NCBI GenBank assembly: GCA_018000455.1
Contig: JAGNJW010000011.1
Coordinates: 28,872 to 92,871, forward strand
Length of the DNA stretch: 64,000 nucleotides
Direction of reading: 5' to 3'
Origin: Acidobacteriota bacterium
GTDB lineage: Bacteria; Acidobacteriota; Vicinamibacteria; Vicinamibacterales; UBA2999
Shown here piece by piece: positions 1-8,267 of this stretch; positions within the stretch are counted from its first letter, which is position 1; each line of letters opens with the position of its first letter. The position numbers were made by a program, and so were the translations under genes. Under the pieces are notes generated by a model. It made no database searches and had not been told where the DNA came from. It was given only the letters and a program-made list of their open reading frames with translations.

Positions 1-2161
1 CCGGCAGGACCGGTGCCGCGGCCTGGATCTCGGCGCGGACGCGGTGCTCGAAGCCCGCCGGCGTGCCCGGGCGGGGACGCACGTGGACGTAGATCCCGGC
101 GCGGTAGCCCTGTGCAAACGGCACGTAGACGGCACCGCGCGGCTCCTCGCTGAACAGGTTGTCTGGCAGCAGCGAGGCGATGCCGACAATTTCGACCACG
201 TCCGGCGCGACGCCCGCCGCGACGGGATCTTCGCCGATATGAATCGACTGCCCAAGCGCGTCGCCATCGGGCCACAGCCGCCGGGCCAGCACGTCGTCGA
301 CGATCGCCACCCGCGGCGCGCCTGGGCCCGTCGCCTCCACTTCGGTGAAGGTACGTCCCTGCAGCAGCCGGAGCCCCATGACCTGAAGGTAGCCGGCACC
401 CACCGCATTCCACGCCGCGTCAAACGACCGCCCGGCCGCGGCCGTTGTCGGACGCTCCCCTGCCGCCGGTCGCGTCCCCGCCCGTCGCACCGGTTCGCCG
501 TAGCTCACCGACCCAAACGGGATGGTGACGCCGAGGCTAGCGGCCGCCACGTCCGGCATCGCCGCGAGCCGGGCCTCGACCGCCGCGTAAAGCGGCAGCG
601 CGCGTGTCTCGTCGAGACCGGCCAGCCCGGCATCGACGTCGGCCAGCACCGTGGCCTCGGCGCCGTTACCCACATCCGCCGAGGTGCCGTCGCGCGCCAG
701 TCGCACAAACAGCCCGGCCGCCACGAGGAGCGCCAGCGACAGCGCGATCTGGATCGTGACCAGCGGCGACCTGAGCCAGCGCCGACGTCTCGTGGTGGCG
801 GCGTCACCGAGCTGACGCTTGAGGTCTGCCGGCACATGGCCGCTCGATTGTGCAAGCGCCGGTCCGAGCGCGAACCCGACCGCGCCGACGGCGCCGAAGA
901 GCACGGCGCCGACCAGCGTGGCCGAGGTCGTTCCGGCATCGACTGTGAGCGACACCGGCAACCGCGCGAGCAACGTCGCGATGAACGCGTCGATGGCTGG
1001 CACGGCGAGCGCCACGCCGCCGGCCGCCCCGGCGAGCCCGAGTAGCAGCGCCTCCACCATGAGCTGACGCACGATGCGGAAACGTCCGCCTCCAAGCGCC
1101 AGCCGGATGGCGAACTCGCGGCGCCGCGCCTGCCCGCGGGCAACGAGCACAGAGGCAAGATTCAGGCAGACGATGAGCAGCACGGCGGCCGTCATCCCGA
1201 GGAACACCACGGCGAGCGTACGGACAACGCCCTCGTCCTGGGGGCTGGTGCTCGTGCCGAAGCGCGGCAGTGGCGCCACGCTCAACTCGCGGTCGCGGTA
1301 GTGCGCCGGCAGGGCCTCGGCCACGGCCGCGGCCATCGGGCCGAGCCGTGCCGAAGCCGTCGCCAGGGTGATGCCCGGCGCGAGCCGTCCCACCAGGAAG
1401 AGATCGAACGCCTCGGGGTGCGCGAGCGTCTGGCCCGCCTTGCGGCCGAGATCACCGCCCAGTAGATCGTAAGCGCCGAGCGGCAGGAACAGCTCCGGCC
1501 CGAACACCATCATGGTGCCGGTGAAGCCCGGCGGCGCGATGCCGACCACCGTCACCGGACGTTCGTTGACCGAGAGCGTCGTCCCGAGGAACGCGGCGTG
1601 GCCCCCCGACTTCCGCCAGTAGGCATCGGAGGCGATGGCCACCAGCGCTTGACTGCCGGGCCGCGCTTCGTCGGCGGTGAAGGCCCGGCCGGCGGCCACG
1701 CGCACGCCGAGTACCTCGAAGTAGTTGCCGCTGACGAAGCCGGCGAAGGTGCGGCGCGGGTCGGCCGTGGCGGCGCTCCGGACGCCGACCATGCTCATCG
1801 TGTGAGCGGCCACACCGGACAACACGTTCCGGTGATCGTCGATCACGCGATACGCACCGTAGTTGAATGCCCGATACGAGTCCGGCTCCTTCGTGTGCCG
1901 CGAGTAGAGCTGTACGATGCGATCGGGGTCGGTAAACGGCCGCCCTGCGAACACCAGCGCGTGCGACAGGCTGAAGACCGCCGCGTTCAACCCGATACCG
2001 AGCGCCAGCACGGCGACCGCGCCGGCGGTGAAGCCTGGGGTGCGGGCTAGTTGCCGCAACGAGGTCCGTACGTCTCCGATGATGTCGCCGAACACCGCGC
2101 CTCCTCCGCCCCAGCCGTTGGGGCACGAGGAGAGACGCTCGGGCAGCGCCGATTGTTTCAC
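1..2161 (-). CDS. ADOP / MacB-like FtsX-family duplicated permease, 3' end cut by window edge
   Basis: Absent from the ORF track because it is open at the window edge. My reverse-strand translation from GTG at 2161 reads VKQSALPER..GGGGAVFGDIIGDVRTSLRQLARTPGFTAGAVAVLALGIGLNAAVFS. Later it reads REFAIRLALGGGRFRIVRQLMVEALLLGLAGAAGG, an FtsX-type motif. The frame stays open to base 1. Paralog of 51923..54382. Confidence 0.75.
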   Translation of the reverse strand, partial: MKQSALPERLSSCPNGWGGGGAVFGDIIGDVRTSLRQLARTPGFTAGAVAVLALGIGLNAAVFSLSHALVFAGRPFTDPDRIVQLYSRHTKEPDSYRAFNYGAYRVIDDHRNVLSGVAAHTMSMVGVRSAATADPRRTFAGFVSGNYFEVLGVRVAAGRAFTADEARPGSQALVAIASDAYWRKSGGHAAFLGTTLSVNERPVTVVGIAPPGFTGTMMVFGPELFLPLGAYDLLGGDLGRKAGQTLAHPEAFDLFLVGRLAPGITLATASARLGPMAAAVAEALPAHYRDRELSVAPLPRFGTSTSPQDEGVVRTLAVVFLGMTAAVLLIVCLNLASVLVARGQARRREFAIRLALGGGRFRIVRQLMVEALLLGLAGAAGGVALAVPAIDAFIATLLARLPVSLTVDAGTTSATLVGAVLFGAVGAVGFALGPALAQSSGHVPADLKRQLGDAATTRRRRWLRSPLVTIQIALSLALLVAAGLFVRLARDGTSADVGNGAEATVLADVDAGLAGLDETRALPLYAAVEARLAAMPDVAAASLGVTIPFGSVSYGEPVRRAGTRPAAGERPTTAAAGRSFDAAWNAVGAGYLQVMGLRLLQGRTFTEVEATGPGAPRVAIVDDVLARRLWPDGDALGQSIHIGEDPVAAGVAPDVVEIVGIASLLPDNLFSEEPRGAVYVPFAQGYRAGIYVHVRPRPGTPAGFEHRVRAEIQAAAPVLP

Positions 2162-2183
2162 CGAGTGGCCACGTACAGACGAC

Positions 2184-2214
2184 GGGCCGGGCGTCCCCCA
2201 CGGACGTCCGGCCC
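2184..2214 (-). terminator. GC-rich hairpin downstream of the pilin operon (candidate intrinsic terminator)
   Basis: GGGCCGG-g-CGTCC / cccac loop / GGACG-t-CCGGCCC gives about a 13 bp stem. It lies 31 nt after the stop of the 2245..5313 gene. The downstream tract is only moderately U-rich. Confidence 0.35.
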
Positions 2215-2244
2215 GATGTTCGTTGCCGCAGGCGGCAGCGAGCG

Positions 2245-5200
2245 TTACTTGCCCGGGCGGGTCTCCTGCGAGAAGCCCAGGGCGTTGATGTCGCGGAAGG
2301 CCGGGGTCAGCGGCGGCAGCAGCGACGGATCGAGGAAGTTGGTGTCGAACGAGAACTGCCGCGTCGGCACGCCGTAGATGATGCCGTTGCAGCACTTGTG
2401 CGGCATCAGGTTCTGACGCGTGTAGTAGAAGGTCACGAGCGACCCGCGATACCAGACGGTGTCGCCCGCAGTGGCATCGCCCTCGATGTAGCGGATGAAG
2501 TTGTGGGCGCCGCCGTCGGTGCCGTAGGTGCCGCCGCCGCTGGCCGGCTTGGGGAAGATCATCCCCTTGCCGGAAATGAGGGCGACGCGGTAGTAGGTGG
2601 CGGAGCCGCGCCGGCGCCCCGTCATGTCATACGGATTCAGGTTGGTCGGCGGTCCGAATGAGTTCAGGTCGCTCCAGATGTTCGACAGCGCCACCACCGT
2701 GTCGGCGGCGATCGAGGTGGCCACGCTCGGGCCATTCCAGCCGCCGCTGGCGTTCCAGTCGCCCTGGAGGTAGACGGCGTTCTCGGCGGCGATCGTCAGC
2801 CCCGGCGCCACCAGGCTGCCGAGGCTGCCGTTCGTGAGCTTGAGGGCGTGGCGGTAAAGCAGTTGCCGATTGACCTTGGCCTGGCCGCCCGAGAGCAGCG
2901 TCAGCGGATCCGCGCCACCGTTGAGCGGCGCAATGGCCCCCGGCGGCACGTTCCCGAACACCCCGTTGTAGCTGGGCGTGGCGCCGTAGTCGTCGAGAAT
3001 CCCGTTGGCGTTCACGTCTTCACCTTCATCGAGCACGCCGTTGGGCGCCCCGGTCGAGCTCGATGGGTTGACGATGTCCTCGAAGCCGTACTCGCCCGTC
3101 TCGAGGTTCGACGCGTTGCGGTTGTTACGGCGGTCGGAGAAGTAGACCGAGAAGCCGGCCGTCGCCGACCCGCCCTCGCGCATCGCCTGGTTGCCGCTGC
3201 CGGCGCCGTAGGGGGCCTGGCGGGCGAACCATCGCGACAGGTTCGTGGCATCGAGCTCGACGTAGTGCATCACACCGCCCAGCATCACCCGGTTGGTGTG
3301 CCCGGCTGGCGCGGCGTCGCGCGACAGCGCTTCGCGGACGTCGAACAAGGCGTTGGGCCAATGGTCCGACGACAGCGTGCTGCCGGCGTAGGTGCACGCC
3401 CCTGGCTGGGTCTCGCGGTTGTCGCGCAGGCGTTGCAGACGGATGATGGCGTTGGGCGTCGGATCGCCGCAGAGCTTGCCCTCGAGATTCTGGCCGCTGA
3501 TGCCGTAGTTGAGGAACTCCAGCGTCACGTCCTGCCACACGTCCGGAGCGGTCTGGATCTCGACCTTGAGGAAGCCGCCGATGGTGCCGTTGCCGGCGTT
3601 CGACAGATAGCCGGTCTCGAACATGTCGAGGGCGGCGATGCCGGCAGGCACTTCACAGTTCGTGAACTGGCGGGTGGCGCCGACGTCGTCGTAGCCCTCG
3701 CAGGTCACCAGGATGTTCTTGTCGCGGATGAAGAACGTGTTGACCGCAAACGGAGCCGTCGTGAAGGCGGTCGAGGCGCCCACCGTGATGGTGGTCCCGG
3801 ACGTCCAGTTCAACGTGGTCATCACCGACACGGTCTGGTTGCCATCAACCGTCGGGATAACGGCCGACACGGTGGCGCCAGCGAGCACCGGCAACACCAG
3901 TGCGCCTGCGGTCTTGGTGCAGCCGAGGAACTGGTAGCCGTTCTTGCCGGTGCAGCTGATGGTCATCGTGACACCGGCCTGTGTCACCGTCATGGTGGCC
4001 GGCATCTTGAAGTAGGCGGGCATCGGCCGCGACGCGTTGGTGTCGAGCAGAATGGTACGGTTCGGACCGCTCGACACGGGGCTGCCGGAACGCACGCGCG
4101 CATTGATCGCGCCCGCGGGCACATCCGGATACCGCCCGGCAGATCTGGCGACGGGCGGGAAGCCGGGCCCAATCGGCCCGTAGCCGGCCGGTGGAGCGCC
4201 GGTGCCGACGCTCCAGTCTTCGAGCCGGATCGGCGCGCCGGCTGACACGGTTGGCAACGACGTGATGTCGAGGGCCGTATCCGAGAGCAGGATGCGCACG
4301 CTCACCTTCTTGAAGTAGCGTTCGGCGAAGATGGCGGAGCTGACCGCCTCGGTCGACGGCGGACGCTTGATGAGATCGATGTTCACGCCGTTGGCGGCCA
4401 CCAGGTCCAGGTTGAGCGGCTTGACGCCCGTGCGGCCGTTGCGGATGTTGCTGACGTAGGTGCTGAGCGAGATGGTCGGCCAGCTGTTGTTGAGCGACGA
4501 GGTTGGTCCACCGGTGACGCTGCCTTCGGTGGCCGCCAGCGAACGGAACGGACCGGTGGTGTTGCCGCGCGTCATACTGACGGTGCCGGTCTGTCCGGCG
4601 CCGCTCAGCGCCACGCCGTTCGACAGGAACTGGCGGACGATCTCGCCCACCGCCGTCACCTTGTCGCGCAGCCTCAGGATGTTGCCGGAACCCTCGGCGA
4701 GAAATAGGTTGCGATTGGTGTGCACGCGCCCACCGAAGTCGAAGTCGTCGGCGGCGTTGAAGGCCAGGTCGACGTCCGAGAAGATGCCGAACTGGAACAC
4801 CGGAATCGCCACCGCTTCGACGATGCGCTTGAGGTGCACTTCACCGCCGTCGACGGCGCGGGCCGTGGCGTCGAGCTGGAACTGGCGCTTGAGCGCCATC
4901 AGCCCCTCGTAGGGCCCCGACGACACGATGCCGGAGGTGGCGGGCCCCTGAGGCGTGACCGCATAGGCCGGGCTGGTGCCGATGTCCACGAACGTCACGT
5001 TCGGAATCGTCGGGCGGTTGGCGGCGGCGCCGAGTGCCGAGACCGTGGCGTCATTCGGGCCCACCTGGTTGACGAACAGGCGCGCCAGGTCGGCGTTCAG
5101 CTTCTCGATGCCCGACTGCGCGCCGTAGAAGGCACGGGCGCGGTCGCGGTCGATGGCGCGGTAGCTCTGGTCGCTCATCACCGCCGTGGTGAAGCCCACG

Positions 5201-5313
5201 AGCAGCGCCGACATCAACACCATCATCAGAATGGTCGTCAGCAGGGCGATGCCGCGCTCAGCAGCCGGCGAAGGTGGCACGAGGGTTCGGGCGGACATGG
5301 CGGAGGTCCTCAT
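2245..5313 (-). CDS. Giant PilX-N-terminal-domain protein (1022 aa), putative pilus-associated adhesin with a PilY1-like Ca-binding loop
   Basis: The N-terminus ERGIALLTTILMMVLMSALLVGFTTAVMSDQSYRAIDRDRARAFYGAQSGIE matches the PilX N-terminal pseudopilin-like pattern. It starts 4 nt after the PilW-like stop. A DVNANGILD loop lies at aa 766-774. Confidence 0.7.
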   Translation of the reverse strand: MRTSAMSARTLVPPSPAAERGIALLTTILMMVLMSALLVGFTTAVMSDQSYRAIDRDRARAFYGAQSGIEKLNADLARLFVNQVGPNDATVSALGAAANRPTIPNVTFVDIGTSPAYAVTPQGPATSGIVSSGPYEGLMALKRQFQLDATARAVDGGEVHLKRIVEAVAIPVFQFGIFSDVDLAFNAADDFDFGGRVHTNRNLFLAEGSGNILRLRDKVTAVGEIVRQFLSNGVALSGAGQTGTVSMTRGNTTGPFRSLAATEGSVTGGPTSSLNNSWPTISLSTYVSNIRNGRTGVKPLNLDLVAANGVNIDLIKRPPSTEAVSSAIFAERYFKKVSVRILLSDTALDITSLPTVSAGAPIRLEDWSVGTGAPPAGYGPIGPGFPPVARSAGRYPDVPAGAINARVRSGSPVSSGPNRTILLDTNASRPMPAYFKMPATMTVTQAGVTMTISCTGKNGYQFLGCTKTAGALVLPVLAGATVSAVIPTVDGNQTVSVMTTLNWTSGTTITVGASTAFTTAPFAVNTFFIRDKNILVTCEGYDDVGATRQFTNCEVPAGIAALDMFETGYLSNAGNGTIGGFLKVEIQTAPDVWQDVTLEFLNYGISGQNLEGKLCGDPTPNAIIRLQRLRDNRETQPGACTYAGSTLSSDHWPNALFDVREALSRDAAPAGHTNRVMLGGVMHYVELDATNLSRWFARQAPYGAGSGNQAMREGGSATAGFSVYFSDRRNNRNASNLETGEYGFEDIVNPSSSTGAPNGVLDEGEDVNANGILDDYGATPSYNGVFGNVPPGAIAPLNGGADPLTLLSGGQAKVNRQLLYRHALKLTNGSLGSLVAPGLTIAAENAVYLQGDWNASGGWNGPSVATSIAADTVVALSNIWSDLNSFGPPTNLNPYDMTGRRRGSATYYRVALISGKGMIFPKPASGGGTYGTDGGAHNFIRYIEGDATAGDTVWYRGSLVTFYYTRQNLMPHKCCNGIIYGVPTRQFSFDTNFLDPSLLPPLTPAFRDINALGFSQETRPGK

Positions 5314-5317
5314 CGGG

Positions 5318-6418
5318 CTACTTGTATTCGGCCACGTAGGCCAGGTTGCGAAGGCTCGCGACGGTGGTGATGTAGTGACGCATGTAGTCGCCGGTGGAGC
5401 GCGACTTCTCTTCCGACCGCACGCCCACCTTGAGGTTCACCTTGCGGATCTGGCTGGAGGTGAAGGTGTCGGTGCCGGCCGTGAAGGGCACGTCGTCGAC
5501 GTTGGCCGGGTTGGTCGAGCCGTCGACCAGGTCGAACGTGAACTGCAAGTCTTCGACCACGCCCGCCAGCGCCTGCGCCGGATACATGTTGAGCGCGCGC
5601 ATGAGCCGCGGCTCGCCGGGCGTGATTTCCTCGACGAAGTAAGTAATCATCAGCAGGCGCTGTACCGACATGTCGCTGCCGAGGATGTCGGTGATGCTGC
5701 CGTTGGCGGCGCTCCGCTGGTTGAGGTTGAAGGGGTCACCGGTACCGAACGACACCGTGGAGCCGGTGACGGCGGTGACCACCTGCATCGCCGAGCCGGT
5801 CTGCGACTTGAAGAGCAGGATGTCGCCGGCCTTGATCGGGCCGACGCCGTCGGCCAGGTTGCCGGCGAACCAGGCGACCTGGTTGCCCTTGGTCATGCTG
5901 GAGCCGTCGGCCGCCATCTTCGGCACAGACCCGGAGGCGGTGCTCGGCCTGACGACGAAGCCGGCGGTGGTGGGTGTCGTGTAGGGGCTCGCCACGCTCG
6001 AGCTGGGCAGGAACGGGTCGCCCAGCAGGATGGTGACCATGTCGGTCTGCCGCCCCGAGACCGACGACCCGAGACCGTTGCCGGTCGTCACGGCACCCAG
6101 CGTCGTAAGCGTCGTGTTGTCGAACGCGTAGGAGAACGAGCTCGGGCTGGGGCGCTGCACCAGCGCGGCGCCGGCGCCGGAAGGAATCGGGATGCCGCCG
6201 GTGGGGATGTCGCGGCCGGCCTGCAGCAGGTCGCGCACCATCAGGTTCACGCCCGACCGCATGTTCTGGCCGGCATCGGTCAGCTTCAGCGTGGCGTCGT
6301 TGATCTTGAGGGCGTCGTCGAAGGTCTGGATGGCGATGCCGATCACGGCCAGCGTGATGACCGACGCGACGAGGAATTCCGAAAGCGCGAAGCCGCGATC
6401 CGAGCGCATGGGAGTCAT
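5318..6418 (-). CDS. Type IV pilus minor pilin, PilW-like
   Basis: Prepilin cleavage/methylation motif RG|FALSEFLVASVITLAVIGIAI with Glu at +5. The size (366 aa) and operon position fit PilW. Confidence 0.7.
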   Translation of the reverse strand: MTPMRSDRGFALSEFLVASVITLAVIGIAIQTFDDALKINDATLKLTDAGQNMRSGVNLMVRDLLQAGRDIPTGGIPIPSGAGAALVQRPSPSSFSYAFDNTTLTTLGAVTTGNGLGSSVSGRQTDMVTILLGDPFLPSSSVASPYTTPTTAGFVVRPSTASGSVPKMAADGSSMTKGNQVAWFAGNLADGVGPIKAGDILLFKSQTGSAMQVVTAVTGSTVSFGTGDPFNLNQRSAANGSITDILGSDMSVQRLLMITYFVEEITPGEPRLMRALNMYPAQALAGVVEDLQFTFDLVDGSTNPANVDDVPFTAGTDTFTSSQIRKVNLKVGVRSEEKSRSTGDYMRHYITTVASLRNLAYVAEYK

Positions 6419-6430
6419 GGTCTGTCGTCC

Positions 6431-6955
6431 TCAGGCGTACTGCGAGATGAGGGCCGTGACCTCGTAGGTCTTGGTCTGGCCGTTGGCCGGGTAGGTGATG
6501 GTCACCGTGATCTCGCGCAGGAACCCGGAGAGCTCGACGATGACGATCTTGCGGGTGAAGTCGGAGAGCGTGAGGGTCTTGTCGTCGCCGGTGCCGACGT
6601 AGCCGTCAGGCCCGGGGTACACGAACGACTCGACGGCGCCGTCGTCGGAGGTATTGACGATGCCGTCGGCGCCGGAGAGCTTCATCGGCGTGGCCGTATT
6701 GAGGAACACTCCGCCATCCGACTGGTTCTTCATCTGCGCCCACGAGATGGTGTGCGAATCGCGGGCGGCGAACACGCTCTCGATGGCTTCGGCCGCCTTT
6801 TGGGTGGCCAGTACTTCGTAGGGCGCGCTCGCCGACTTCTGCACGCCGCTGATGAAAGCCTGCGAGAGCCCGAGCACCCCCACGGTGAGCACCAGCATCG
6901 AGACCATCGTCTCAATGAGTGAGAAACCCGATTGCGAACCAATTGACGTCTGCAT
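6431..6955 (-). CDS. Type IV pilus minor pilin, PilV-like
   Basis: QSG|FSLIETMVSMLVLTVGVLGL prepilin N-terminal motif; 174 aa. Confidence 0.7.
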   Translation of the reverse strand: MQTSIGSQSGFSLIETMVSMLVLTVGVLGLSQAFISGVQKSASAPYEVLATQKAAEAIESVFAARDSHTISWAQMKNQSDGGVFLNTATPMKLSGADGIVNTSDDGAVESFVYPGPDGYVGTGDDKTLTLSDFTRKIVIVELSGFLREITVTITYPANGQTKTYEVTALISQYA

Positions 6956-6957
6956 GA

Positions 6958-7542
6958 CTACACTCGTCCCCAGGTGGTGTTGAGCCGGCGGAAGCCGCGG
7001 ATGCGGCCGGTTGCGCCAAGGATGGTGACCGCGCGCGTGGCATACGTGTCGTTCGGCGCGGCCAGGAAGATGGTGCCGTTGATGACGTTGCCGGTGAGGC
7101 GGTTCACGAGCATGCCATCGCTGTTGAACACGACTTCGTTGATCGGATTCGCGGTGTCGAAGTCGAGGGCGCTGCCGGCACCGAAGCCGTCGGTCGTGTC
7201 GGGCGTGCCGGCCGGGAGGGCGAAGCGGATGTTGCCCTCCATGATGATGCGGTGCACGGAGGTGGAGCCGTTGGGGATCTCGAGGCGCGTCAGTCGGATC
7301 TCGTTCCCGCTGAGCGACGGAAACTCGACCTGGATGTTGCGCCGCTGCTGCACCGCCATGTCGCGGGCCCGGGCCAGCTCGCCCATGACGAGCCGCATGC
7401 CGTTGTCGGCGTTCATGACCGCTCGGGAGGTGTTGATCTGGACCAGCGCCATCGCCATCAGCACCATCGAGAGCGAGGCAACGACCAGCACCTCGACCAG
7501 GGAGTACCCGCGTTCGCTGCTGCGCATCTGCTGAAGAGCCAT
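6958..7542 (-). CDS. GspH/FimT-family pseudopilin
   Basis: ERG|YSLVEVLVVASLSMVLMAMAL prepilin motif. I moved the start to the internal ATG at 7542 (MALQQMRSSERG...). The 234-aa track ORF extends across the promoter region. Confidence 0.7.
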   Translation of the reverse strand: MALQQMRSSERGYSLVEVLVVASLSMVLMAMALVQINTSRAVMNADNGMRLVMGELARARDMAVQQRRNIQVEFPSLSGNEIRLTRLEIPNGSTSVHRIIMEGNIRFALPAGTPDTTDGFGAGSALDFDTANPINEVVFNSDGMLVNRLTGNVINGTIFLAAPNDTYATRAVTILGATGRIRGFRRLNTTWGRV

Positions 7543-7554
7543 GCCCTGCCGAAT

Positions 7555-7570
7555 AGCAAGGGCCGCGCCA
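7555..7570 (-). promoter_or_regulatory. sigma54-type promoter (-24/-12) for the minor-pilin operon
   Basis: The minus strand reads TGGCGCG-GCCC-TTGCT. This is one mismatch from TGGCACG-N4-TTGCW, with exact GG/GC spacing. The GC element lies 13 nt upstream of ATG 7542. Confidence 0.45.
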
Positions 7571-7645
7571 GTCCAGCGGGCCTGACGGTAAGTTGTTGTT
7601 TTGGCCCGAATTACCGCCAGGCGGGGCGCCTGGAGGGCGTCTGCC

Positions 7646-7662
7646 GTGCCCAAAAACGGCAC
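7646..7662. promoter_or_regulatory. Inverted repeat GTGCC-N7-GGCAC, possible activator site upstream of the pilin sigma54 promoter
   Basis: A 5 bp perfect inverted repeat with a caaaaac spacer, about 76-92 bp upstream of the -24 element. Confidence 0.2.
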
Positions 7663-7770
7663 AGAGCGATTACGGTTCTTGTCAGGCGGGCCGCGGAACC
7701 GGTCCGCAGGCCCCTTCCAAGCGTCAGGCGGTTGACGGCTCCACCGGTGGTGGGGGCGTTCGTGGGTCGC

Positions 7771-8082
7771 TTACCCTTCGCTGTCCTGCTCGCGCACGAG
7801 CTTCACGGTCAGGAAGGCCGCGCCGAGAAACGCCATGAACATCATGGCCGTCCAGTGGGCCTTGTTGATGCACTGATAACGCACGTGTTCACCTGGCTTC
7901 ACGTCGAAGGCCACCGACTTTCGCACCAGGGTGTTGTTGGCCTTGAGCGTGTGCCGCCCGGGCGCGACCTCGCGCGTGACCGCCTTGCCGTAGTACAGGG
8001 TGGCCCAGTCTTCGCCATCGAGCGAGAGATAGACCTGCCGGTCCTGGACGTCCTCTGAGGCCGTGCGCCGCACCGTCAGCAT
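7771..8082 (-). CDS. Hypothetical small protein with a C-terminal hydrophobic helix
   Basis: Track ORF 7771..8208. The internal start MLTVRRTASEDVQ.. is preceded by AAGGG 7 nt upstream. The C-terminal segment WTAMMFMAFLGAAFLTV is hydrophobic. No family recognised. Confidence 0.4.
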   Translation of the reverse strand: MLTVRRTASEDVQDRQVYLSLDGEDWATLYYGKAVTREVAPGRHTLKANNTLVRKSVAFDVKPGEHVRYQCINKAHWTAMMFMAFLGAAFLTVKLVREQDSEG

Positions 8083-8254
8083 CGACGGCCCTTGCGGCTC
8101 GGCGAGGTCTCTCACTCCGACCTCGAGGCCGGCCCCGGTCTCGCCGGCGGCTGGCGTGGCGCGGCGCAGCAGCGGCGCGGGCCACGCGGCGAGAGCGTCG
8201 AGCGTCACAACCTGCCATTGTAAACGGGTCTGTCACCATGACAATTCGCACGGC

Positions 8255-8260
8255 TATACT
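8255..8260 (+). promoter_or_regulatory. -10 hexamer TATACT, 7 nt before ATG 8268 (leaderless-type)
   Basis: ggcTATACTgccggccATG. The ATG opens a signal peptide, MRHTGFPRLAVLTLVLAAGGA. Confidence 0.35.
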
Positions 8261-8267
8261 GCCGGCC

